Below are positions 49,367 through 60,743 of a DNA stretch of 64,000 nucleotides, in pieces. The translations under genes and the position numbers were made by a program. Positions within the stretch are counted from its first letter, which is position 1. Each line of letters begins with the position of its first letter. The notes beneath the pieces were generated by a model. That model was not told where the DNA came from. It searched no databases and was given only the letters and a program-made list of their open reading frames with translations. The DNA is taken from contig NMRA01000205.1 of assembly GCA_002633005.1 (NCBI GenBank), positions 171,645-235,644 of the forward strand, given 5' to 3'. Origin of the DNA: Phoronis australis (lineage: Eukaryota > Animalia > Phoronida).

Positions 49367-50978
49367 TGTATGACCACGCATTCAAATAAACAACAGTCGA
49401 TTTCAATCTGTCCGCGGAGCAGTGGTTAGTTATTGACAAAAGCCCCTAAAGATGAGGCTGCAACGTAGGCAGCAGAAATGACGAAACAACTAACCTGACA
49501 CCTGGGTGCTTTTTATTTTCTTTTCCCATAAAAAGAAGACAGTGACATAAAATTTTGTGATTTTGCCCTGTAATGAGTGCAAATATTTTGAGTAATCAAC
49601 TACAAATAGATCATACTGCGTTACCGGCTTTAGCCTACTGATGCAATAATCAGTGTTTGCTAACAGAAAGTTGTTGTGAAACAATAACTCGATTTTATAT
49701 GCTATGGTCAGATATTAGGGGAAAACCTTCTTCAGATGTACATACAGTATTCAAATCATTGTTATAATTGTGTATCTTTTCCCTGAACGATTCTGTGGAA
49801 GAGGAACCTGGTCTCGCGGCCCCCGACGTGTAAGTAGATTTGCAATTCTGCGGCGAATTCAGACACCAAAACATTCATATGCACATTATTTCTTTGGCTC
49901 AGTAGTCTAGTACTTTCATGACTTGAAGTTTTCAACTTTCGCAGCCGACTAACCCGGCTGATTTATGTTCATAATGTCTCCATTCCGGCCGTGACGGGCC
50001 TGATCGGGTTCCGAGCCACTGGGATATAACGAGCGTTTAGTGTTTAGAACTGAAAAAATCGCCAGTCTAAAATTACAACACACGGCTGTGCTCTCCTGTC
50101 TGTATTTCACTCAAGAATAACTCTATCTCCGAACAGACTACAAACTTCCCGCGAACGACATCGGTAAGTGGCCTACCGAACTTTGTAGTCTGCGGCACGT
50201 TCAAAATTTCTATTACTCTGTAACAGCGAAATAAAACAACACATTTGTTTAAAAACCTAATGTAGTTTTAGGGTTTTACATCAAATTTTGATGATTAATT
50301 GGTGTAAAACAGTGACATCAAGCGATAAGCTGACACCAATAAGCAACTTGTGAACTGCTGAGCAGACTGTGTTAGAACCTGTGACGACATTAGTTAATTT
50401 CAGCACCTCCGTTTGCCGTCTGGTGTCAGGTAAAAGAAGTGATTTGCTGTTATCGAGTGAAACTACTACATCTAAATTGATACAAAATACGTTGTTTATT
50501 GGTGGCGTTAACCTTTAACCAATCTTCGGTCACCTGCATCATTGACGTCAACTTTCCATGTTTGCAGGAATCAACTAAAAACTCATACTCTTTACTATGT
50601 CAGAGATTGGACATTCTGGTCGTTAGTGGGTGGGCTTTTCCGCAGTTGCCGTGTAATTTACTAAAAGCGTACTAGGCCACGCTTGCCCGTTTAGTAGACT
50701 TTGAAAGGAGTTTTCAAATTTCCGTCCAAGCTTAAGGGTTGTGGAGAGTTACACTGAGCATTATTTTGTTTCAAAAAACATAAAGGCAAACTCGTTTGTA
50801 GTTTCTGTGAATTGGCCAAAACCGGGTCTGGCATCCTTTTGAACCACCTCCTGTGTTATCTGAGCGGTTATCAGTATCAAATTCAGTCACATCCTGTCTT
50901 TGAACTAGAAAAAATCCATCCACTGTGTGATGTTCTTCGTCCACAGTCAACAAACTCGTTCGATGAGGCCAGTGAAAC

Positions 50979-51752
50979 GGATTGTTCTAAAATCCCCTCG
51001 ACCCTACACCTCACGACCCCCTCAACCCACGGACAACGAGCCCCTCAACCCACGACCCCCTTGACCCACGACCCACTTCTTACAATTCTCGAAGCTGTGT
51101 TCGACTCCGTTATGTTATTGATTCACCTTCGTCTGGTCGTGAGCTCGGCTGGCTTTCCATATTTTTTGCCATTAAGAGAATCGATTCAGCAAATTTCAAA
51201 GAAGCCAAAACAAAAAAAACGTGACCACATTAAATCAAGTACCCACCAATGTTACAAATTGTTTCGTTCCCGGCAGAGTGTAAACGTCTCCTCTGCTCTT
51301 TAGTGAATGGCAGATTCAAGCTGTTATGGGGAGAGTGCGAGAAGGCCATGAATATGTAATTTTTTCAGTAAATACACATGTCAGTTTGAAAAAACAATCT
51401 GTTAATAGTCACATATAGCATATCGTATGCGAGTATGAGGCAGAAAGTAAATAATAAAACTGAAATCATGTGTATACACGTTTTCGTACTCTCTCCCTAA
51501 ATCAAGTAGAACAGAGTCCGTGACAACGATAGCACTCTCACAATCCGCCTTTTCATGCGCTGTTAGGCCAATTTCTGTTTTTAACCACCTTTATTGATCC
51601 AGAGCAGTAGGTAAGTCTAAGGGGAAAGTCAATCAGCGACGTAATAAGTTTTTGAAGTGTGTAAAAAGGGCAAAGATGCCTCTATTGCCGTTTGTCGTTG
51701 GTCGAGGGCCGGATCTTGGGATGTGGGGGTCGAGGGGGTTCTAGAACAATCC
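50979..51752. mobile_element. Mutator/MULE-type non-autonomous element, 9-bp TSD CAGTGAAAC
   Basis: TIR GGATTGTTCTA(A/G)AA(T/C)CCCCTCGACCC; CAGTGAAAC at 50970-50978 and 51753-51761. Confidence 0.85.
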
Positions 51753-51921
51753 CAGTGAAACTGCAAAGTCATTTGCTGGTGTTAATGATAGACCCCTTTA
51801 TGTGGGAAACCATTTCGTTCCTTTGATTTTCTCACATAACTTTTATTTCACGATTACATGAATTTTGTCACACGATACGACTCGCGTACGCATGAGCATA
51901 ACTTCGCCCTTATGTACACGA

Positions 51922-52050
51922 CAGGGGCGGATCCAGGATTTTGATTTAGGGGAGGGGGGCAGGTCAGAGTATTGGCCACTGAGGATTTTGCCCGTCAGAC
52001 ATTCGTACCCTTGAACTGCCAAATGGACAGGGAATCTGGAAGAATTTTAG
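51922..52050. mobile_element. Truncated hAT-type MITE end (paralog at 63542)
   Basis: CAGGGGCGGATCCAGGATTTTGA, the same terminus as the 2275 element; no matching 3' end found. Confidence 0.55.
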
Positions 52051-53679
52051 GGGGGCCATTAATGAGGGAAGTTCACAGGTCTGCGTGCATGGCCACTCTC
52101 CATGGGATGTGTGAGCAGGGTTGTTCGGCTTGGCTCTTAAATATTGAATGTTTCTCTGGGTAAAACGTTCACTTTTAATTAGCGGGTTATGCTCGTTTTT
52201 GCTGTAATAAATAGTCGCGCTCAAATTTTACAACCTTTCGCGCGAGGGGAAACAAATTCGAATTTGATTTACTCTGTTCGGATATGAAAATATTTTCCCA
52301 TTATTCTGTTTATGAGTTACAGGAATTTAATGCCCAGTTACCTTTTGCAAACACCAGGTCAACCGAAACGGTCGTCACGCCCCCTGTAACCAGGCCTTCC
52401 GCCATGAAAAATCGTTTATACCGTGTGACTTTCCTTATTCAAATTAGGGTTGATTTCTTGACTTGGAATGAAGTAACGGGCAAGAGTTTCAGACTAGGCT
52501 CAACTGACCAGTTGGTTTGACGTGTCGAGTCTAAATTTTTACGCTGAGCATGGAGTCAAGCGAAAATAAAACGTATATTCTTTGCAAGCCTAGAGACGTC
52601 TTGTGATAATTAATTAGACTGATGTTGATACCCGTTTTTACGATGGTAAAATAGTCGAATTTATTTTTGGACTTCAAATTTTCTGCAAAGCGCGCCCACC
52701 TTTTTATTGTCCGTCGTTGAGCTTCAGCACGAAACGGGAGACACAGTTATATGCAGATGTGCCATCTCAAGACTTAATAAGTCGAATTGGCTTATCTAAG
52801 CTTGCTCTCATTTTCAAGGTCACCAGAAAGTTTGAGTTCTACTGCGTTTAGGCCTAGATGCCACCTGATCACAGAGAAGGTGGATCCGGGGTCTGATCCT
52901 CTGTCTGAAGAGTTCATATTTGAACACAGGTTAGAGTCTAATCTACCGTCTTAACACGTCCACCCACACTTCAATTGGCAGACCTGCCTTCTTGCTTTGA
53001 GAAGATAGCTTGCATGCCAAAGCGATAACTTTTGGTTTGGCACTGTTTGTCATCGTGGTCACACGTTGTGTCGCCCGTAGCGGCGAGTCTTTTTTGTTCG
53101 AGTGTTTTGTCGTTTGCTTTTTCTTTATGATCGTTTCTCGGCCCACAAAATACGTAAAATGTACTGTATCTTCCTCAGCATGTTCTAGATCAATAATTGA
53201 TTGTATAGTATACTTCTATGCTCTATCTATCAGTGTGCTTACAGCGATACGTAGTATTTTAGCGTTTACCTGGGTTTTCTTGTTCAATTTCTTAAAGGTC
53301 CGATACGACCATTTTTAAAGGGTAAATGAGTTGATTTTTATTGATTTTTCCAGGTCATACCTGGTTTCTTAGTGCCTATATCTCTTTATTATCAGCTTCT
53401 ATCGTCTGTTTCTTCGATGCTTTTGGGAAATAAATTAGTCAAGTTGCTGTTAGAATGTGTTAGTTACGTCATTAGAGACCAAGAGGCTGAATACACGTGA
53501 TAGGAAAAGCTATTAGCTTTTTCTGGTGTAAGATTATCATAATCAGGCCTGAGAATGTGATGAATTTAAGCAACAACCCGATGAATGTTGCTGCTCGGGT
53601 TTCTTTGATCTCGAAACCCTCTCAGCTTTACTGAGTTTTCTGTTGTGAAAGTGGAGATGACATCATGCTGAGCGTTCAC

Positions 53680-54140
53680 AAGTATGAGGTCAAAAATAAA
53701 AGCATAGCTGGGTTGGATCTGGTAGATGAATGTGGCTCCAGTTATATAGGTGAAACTGTTCGTCATTTGAAAACCAGGACCAAGAAACATCTAAAATCTG
53801 ACAGAAATTCGCATGTAAATATTCACCTACAGAACTCCAATCATTGTTTTCAGCAGTGCTCTTTCAATGATTTTGCAATAATAGACCGGGCAGTAACAAC
53901 AAAGGAGCTTAAAATTCGTGAGACTCTACTCATCAGTTGGTGCAAGCCCAATCTCAATAGGCAACTGGCACACCACAGGTTGTCATTGTTGGTCTAGTTC
54001 ATTGTCACTCCCTGTAACTGACTGTATCTGTGCTTTATTACTTGTTGCTGGGCCTAGCTAGGTGGCCACTGCATTCTCTTCTGATGATTGTGTTTGAATA
54101 AATGACACCGAAACATGTCAAGTCAACTTAAAACCATTTT
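53680..54140 (+). mobile_element. Penelope-like retroelement 3' fragment (GIY-YIG endonuclease C-terminus plus tail)
   Basis: CGSSYIGETVRHLKTRTKKH...SHVNIHL...FAIID...LKIRETLLISWCKPNLNRQ, stop at 53997. Confidence 0.85.
54077..54124 (+). ncRNA. Minimal type I hammerhead ribozyme (Penelope-associated)
   Basis: CUU-CUGAUGA-uuguguu-loop-gacacc-GAAA-CAUG-UC-AAG: conserved core, palindromic stem III ACAUGU, GUC cleavage triplet, ~85 nt after the GIY-YIG stop. Confidence 0.7.
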
Positions 54141-55218
54141 TGTTTTCTTGCTATCATGGAGATAATATACCTATATTGTGGAAAACGGGGGGCATTTCGA
54201 AAAATAACATTTTAACTATTCTGAAAGTGTGCAGTTTTGAACACTGAGCCTGACCAAGAAAAAAGTGATTTTCTGAATAAAATGCGAATGTCATGACGAA
54301 CTATGTAACGATAATGATGAGATCTTGAACATATTCAGTAAACTTCTAGTAATGTTAAGTAAACTTTCAGAATAATTTAAATTCCTGTAGAATATTAAAA
54401 CGTCTTCTGAAATGCTGGAAATATAATTCAAACTATTCAGAAGTAAAATGTTCTGAAATTAAGTTGGTCAAAAGAATCAATAGCCCCAGACTTGACACCG
54501 AAGTTGCAATCTTGAAGCTAATAGTTCAAACGAGTTGCAGCGATAAACCTTTAATTGCAAAATAATTTTATATTGGTAAACAGACTGAGCGTAAATATCA
54601 TAGACATTAACGAACAAAACATGCCTTACCTCAATGACATAATCAAACAATTAACCATTTATGAACTGACCTAAGAGCTTTTTACGGGCAACGGATTTCC
54701 GCACTTTCAGTGTGACGGTTGAAAACAATTCAGATTTCACTGAGAAAGGTGTGCCACTCATATTCATGTTGAACTCGCTGAAAAGGACTCTTAATTAATG
54801 CTTTGCGATTTCAACCAACCCTCCAACTTGACGTAACCTGCTAATGCATTCTTGAATGATAAAAGGAAATGATTCATCTAAAACTCTGTCATACTCTCCG
54901 TGACACAGATTGGATTCTTGGTGGGTGGTCCCTTTCTACAGTTGTGTAATTCTCCTTAAGCGTAGGTCACACTTGTCTGTTTAGCAGACTTTGAAAGGAG
55001 CTTTCATATTTTGTTCCTAACTTAGAAAGTTATTGACGGTTACAGAGCATTACTTTTATTTTAGAAAACTAGGTGGGATAGCAGTTTTTAATGTCTGTTC
55101 ATTTGTCAAAACCAGGTCCAGCTATTCGACGAATGTTAAGGGTGACAAACATCTGAAGGGCAATCCTTGAACTGCAGTGGTTCAAAATCTTGTCGTATAA
55201 CTCCTCAGAACAACTGTA

Positions 55219-56402
55219 ATGTCTGTAACACCAGTAACCACGACATCTTGGATTCCAATGGAGTACCAGACAATGCCAATTGAGGATTATCGAGACTGGT
55301 TCAATTGCTTGAGGAGTGGAGATGCAAAAACAGCAAGAACAATGCTAAGCACAGCTACTGGTTCAATCAAAGATTTGATGATCAACGGAACCTTCTCAGG
55401 CGACCTACAGATTGACAAATGGTTGATGTTCGTGGAAAATACGAGTGGTGAGAAAATCGCAAGGAAAAACTTCCCACATTGCTTTAAACAGCCTCTGACT
55501 ATCGCTGTTCTTTCGAAATCTACAACAATGGTACAACTTCTGTTAGAGTCAGGTGCTGACGTGTTGAAGAAAGAGGCAAATGAAAACAACATAATACATG
55601 TTCTCGTTCACTTAGCTAATGCTGAGCCCATGCTTGAGCATGTTTATGGCAATATCTATACACTGATATCGGAGCAATTANAACAAGGCAAAATTGGAAA
55701 GTTGATTACGTTGTCAACAATTTTGTGTTCATTTTTTTTGACAGTTTCCACGTCATTTTTACTGCATATTTAACTTTCAATTCGAACTGTTCTTCATTGC
55801 TTGAAATTAAAATCTGGATAGCTGTGAATATGTTCACCGGCGTAGGAGCATTCATGCATTTTCTTCAAACATTACCGTTTATTGGCTTTTCAGTAATCGT
55901 ACTTCACCGCATGTTGATTATATTTGTAAAATTCTGCAGTTTATTGGGAATAATTTTGACGGTTTTCGCATTTGTCTTCAGTTTGTTAGATATACCTAAT
56001 TTTGACTCTTTCAGCAAGAGTATTTATTTTACCTTTCTCATTGTTTTGAACATGAACCCGGATGTTGCAGCCACCGGCACCAATGAAAGCGTGGTTCATA
56101 CATTTCACGTTTTATTCGTCGTCATTGCGGTTATCCTGATGCTAAACTTTCTCATTGCGCTGATGTCCGATTCAGTGTCAAGGATGACAGGACACCAACA
56201 GTTCATTGAAGAGTTGTACAGACTTGACGTGAGCCACGATTGTGAGATGTATCTCACGACTATACCCGTAGTAAGGCGACTGTTTAGTAGTCTCTTGGAT
56301 CGTGGATATAAGATTGTGAATGGTCGGCGGTACGTTGCTGTAGTGGAGTTTAATGCCGGTAAAGCTGTTGCAGCTGAACATTCAAAGGAAAATCCAGTGT
56401 GA
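55219..56402 (+). CDS. TRPV5/6-like channel, copy 2; middle ~580 bp replaced by a single N at 55681
   Basis: 5' part identical to copy 1; the C-terminal 225-aa ORF is intact, with a T8 run that keeps frame. Functional status unresolved because of the gap. Confidence 0.75.
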
Positions 56403-56837
56403 TCTTATGCTACCTGGTGTTATAAACAGGTGTGTAATAATTAAGATATTACGCGTCAAGTCAGACTGTCACGGTACTGCCCACGGTGAGATACAGTATC
56501 CTCGGTGACGCGTTACGTATACCCAAGATACTATCCAAGCACTTAGAGTGGAAAAATCTTCGTTTATGGAACGGAAATAGTATACTAATCGCATAATTCA
56601 ACATTCATGCATCACTGACCGCCATTTTGATAGGTGTCTCTAAGATCTCGTCGAGTATACTCGCCTTATACTCACGTGGTTTTGGGCGGTATTGCTTTTT
56701 GTCGAGACACTTAAGCTTACGGAAATCAGCCTCGGCGTCTCGCAATCCTACAACAGTACCAAAATCATTAGTGCTTTGGCGGGAAAGAGGACGAAAACGG
56801 CCGGTCTTTCGTGGATAGGGTACGGTTACAATCGGTT

Positions 56838-59800
56838 TAGTCCCTGAGCCAGGGGGTTGAACCTGGTTTTGCCAGATAAAGTTTTTCTTTGCTGTTTCAT
56901 GTTGCCTAGGGTTAAGTAACCATGATTTAAGGAGGTGACCGTTCGCAAACCTTGAGCATTTTTTTAAATATGCAAATTAATGTCGTCATTATGCAAAATT
57001 CTATTTGTGCTTATAATATCCTTTCCTTGCACTGCAGCCCGATAATTTTGACGTTTTTACCCATGTTTTCTTGGTCAATAAATTTCATAGTGCAAGTTTT
57101 TAGGTGAATACATTGTCAATTTTCATAATTTATGCAAATTAAGACCGACATTATGCAAAATTCTATTTTTGCTTACAATTTCCTTACCAAGGACTGCAGC
57201 CAGATGATTTGATGTATTTACCCATGTTTCCATGGTCAACAAATTTAATAATGAAAGTTTTTGGGTGGATACATCGTCAATTTGCATAATTTATGTAAAT
57301 TAAGGCCGCCATTATTCAGAATACTTCTTGTGCTTATAGCTACTGTACCAGGCATCACATATGAACTATTATGAAATGTGCACCTATATTCGTTTGCTCA
57401 ACTAGTTTAATGAAATCGCTTTGTTGTTGCATGATAAATTTGCATGATTAATGCAAATTTGCAGAACTAATCTAAATTAAAGGCTCCATTATTCAAAATT
57501 CTACTTGTGCTTATAGCTACTTGTGCTTATAGCTGCGGTACCAAGTACCAAGCACCACAGGTAGATTCTCATGATATTTGAACCTATGTTCCTATGGTCA
57601 ATTAGGTTAATGAAATCAGTTTGCAAGTTGCATGATAAATTAGCATAATTTATGCAAATAAAGGCAGCCATTCTCAAAAATTTTGTTTCTGCTCGTAACT
57701 TTCTTACGGGGTGGGGGGGCACTACATGTAAATTATTTTGGTATTTTTACTTATGAACTTAATGTAATCTATCATTACATCATAAATATAAATAATCTGT
57801 AATTTATTACACAACATTACAAATTCGAGTTTTGTCTGATACCCAGGGCATATGCAGTAGTAGATGACCAAATTGGTTAATGGCATATACCCAGGACAAT
57901 AACCTATCGAATGGAGACCAGTCACAAGACGTTTCAAATGCTAATTCAACGCTCGGAACGTGAGCACACTACAGTATAACGTGCCCAAACGATTGTGCGG
58001 AGCAGAAAATTGACTCTGCAATTGTATCTACTTGAATTTCGTGGAATCTAACCTTTGCAGCCACACCTATTCATCACTAGTATGCAATAGGAGCGAGTTG
58101 GGCACCGTGCGGAATTATAGATGGTGAGAGTGATTTGTTTATGGCATCTTTCTTCCATCCATAGTCTTCTGGATCTAGTGCTGGGGACATTCCACCACAT
58201 GACTGACTGGTAATGGGCACTGTTTACGTTTACATTCTCTTTGAATGCCTTTGTTGTTGGTGATAGTTTGGGGGCGGACATGTATTTCTTGCCATTTCTT
58301 TTCCCCATACCAGTAGTCTGGTTCCCGACGTCTTCCTGATTCTTTTCATTCCATAACAGGCACACATACATTTAGTGGACTGTTTCATGGCATTAGAAAA
58401 ATGTGCAATAAAAGGGCTGATGGAAGACAGGTCATGTCCAGCCCTCAATATTTTAACGATGGACCCCTTTCCAACTCCATAGTTGCATGCCAACGTGTTA
58501 CACCCCTACAGTGCATGGGCAGGGAGGAGACCTTCACACTATGGCTACATGTTTTCACTGTTAACTTTTTGTCTACGACTGTTCTAAGCTTACTGGTTGA
58601 TTTCATGGTTGTGGTATTTGAAGCTGTCCCTTGTCTTAGTAATGCACACGAAGCACAATTATCATCCGAAACAACCTAAAATTTGTTAAGTTCATAGGCA
58701 TATTTCACGTCTTGTTGGACAATAATGGAGCTAGCTTCTTCATGGGATGTCTCGATCTCCAATATCCTTGTACTACATTAAAGGACAAGGATCTTCATCA
58801 GTGATTGCCTTCTTGTGTTCCTAACACACTGGTAGCCTTTCTCGAAGTCTGATAACATTGCCTGACCCATGCTTATTGTTTCATGTACGTTACCTGTTAA
58901 AGTAGCAATCCTGTCACTGCTAATAATCACAACTGTGTCTTTGGGATGGACATTGGGATCTAATACATCGATGCTGCTATCTACTTTTGACAGATCCGCG
59001 CAATATACTGGGCATGTGCTTCAAGACGTGCCTTACTTTCTTCCGCGTGATAAGTTTTAGTACAGGATCTAATGTTACCGCTCTCCATCTCTCCAAGATC
59101 TGTTTCAATCTTTTAGGACAAATAGCAACTTGTGCCCAAAGCTTAAGATTCTCTTCTTTGAGGGCAATTCCCTACTGTTCCCTCACTACTGTATTCGTAC
59201 CTCATCAATGTGGTCCCTATAAACTGATCGCTCCGAGCCCCATGCCAGCATTCACCCAAGTCATTAAACTAATTTCCGTTTTTTCTATGCAGTGGGAGCG
59301 CAGGGCTATAGGCAATATCTTTTTGGAATTTAAGGTCTCAAACTACAGAGCACACACTACACAAAATATTTTCTTACTTCATCAAAAAGGAGACTCTACA
59401 AATTTATCATGCTACAGCCTGCAAACAGATTTCATTAAATTCCTTGACCACTGAAACATGGGTGCAAACAACTAACCTCTGGTGTCTGATGCAGCAGTAA
59501 TAAGCACAAGCAGAATTTTGAATATGACAGTTGTAATTTGTGTAAATTATCAAAAACATGAGAGATAAATTCGAAAATAATCTACATGTAACGCCCGTAA
59601 GGAAATTAAGAGCAGAAACAGTATTTGGAATAGTGTTGTCCATTATTTGTATAAAATATGAAAATTCATCATGCAACAACTTGCAAACTGATTTCACAGA
59701 AACATTGGGTAAAGACGTAAAAATATTTTACTTGGGGTGCCTGGTACTTCAGCTATAAGTAAAGGTAGAGTTTTGACTAATGGCGTCCTTAATTTGCATA

Positions 59801-60743
59801 TATTATTCAAATTCAGGATGTATTCACCAGCAAACGAGGTCCATTAAATTCACTAACCATGGAAGCATAGGTGAAAACATTAAAGAAACCTGACTGAAGG
59901 GCTTGGTAAGGGCGTTTTAAGCAAAATATAATTTTGAATAATGGTGGCCTTAATTTGCATTAATTATGCAAATTTATCCTACAACAACATGCAAACTGAT
60001 TTCATTAAACTAATTGATCATAGAAACATAGGTGCAAATATCATGATAATTCACCTGTGGTGATTGGTACCATGGCAATTAAAACAAGTAAAATTTTGAA
60101 CAATGGCGGCCTTAATTTGCATTAATTATGCAAATTGACGATGTATCCACCCAAAAGCTTTCACTATTGATTTCGTTGACCATGGAAAGCATCAAAATAA
60201 CCTGCCTGCAGTGCTTGGTAAGGAAATTATGGGCAAAAATAGAATTTTGCATAATGACGGCCTTAATTTGCATAAATTATGCACATTGACGATGTATCCA
60301 CCCAAAAACTATCACTTTTACATTCGTTGACCATGGAAACAAGGGTGAAAGTATCAAAATAACCTGCCAGCAGAGCTTGGTGAGGAATTATAAGCAAAAA
60401 TAGAATCTTGCATAATGACGGCCTTAATTTGCATAAATTATGCAAATTGACAATGTTTTCACCAAAAAACGTACACTATTAAATTTGTTGACCATGAAAA
60501 CGAGGGTAAAAACCTCAATATTATCTGGCTGCAGTGCTTGGTAAGGAATTTATAAGCAAAAGTAGAATTCTGCATAATGGCGAGCTTAATTTGCATATTT
60601 TAAAAAGTGCTCAAGGATTGCGAACGGTCACCCACCCTAAATCATGATTAACTATGCCTAGGCCACATAGAACAGCAAAGAAAAAAACTTTATCCGACAA
60701 AACCAGGTTAAGTAAAAAAAAACAGCATTTGGCTCCCAAACTA
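56838..60743 (-). mobile_element. Academ DNA transposon, degenerate (3906 bp), 3-bp TSD GTT
   Basis: TAG...CTA termini; GTT at 56835-56837 and 60744-60746. TIRs of ~0.9 and ~1.2 kb built from ~160-bp subunits. The paralogous site at ~48880 is empty. Confidence 0.85.
57950..59400 (-). pseudogene. Academ transposase C-terminal remnant
   Basis: ETSHEEA, VSDD, HAL*GCNTLACNYGVGKG, PKLSPTTKAFKENV, AHYQ, DPEDYGW, and a terminal CGCKG Cys cluster, across frameshifts. Confidence 0.8.

Larger units (their letters stand above)
45768..52343 (+). repeat. Segmental tandem duplication, copy 1 (its partner runs off the window end)
   Basis: Colinear with 54266-64000 (e.g. TTTTCTGAAT.AAATG.GAATGTCATGACGAA at the start, CAGGTCAAC at the end), roughly 85-93% identical by eye. 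Confidence 0.93.

Noticed and set aside
49444-49490. Hammerhead-like CUAAAGA-stem-GAAA (also ~61027) and CUGAAGA-stem at ~52905
   Set aside because: Core nucleotides are mutated or the GAAA is missing, and there is no convincing stem I/III.
50812-51303. 163-aa ORF (and 62551-62995 ORFs) as a gene
   Set aside because: It runs across the MULE TIR, and the frame is not conserved between the two duplication copies.
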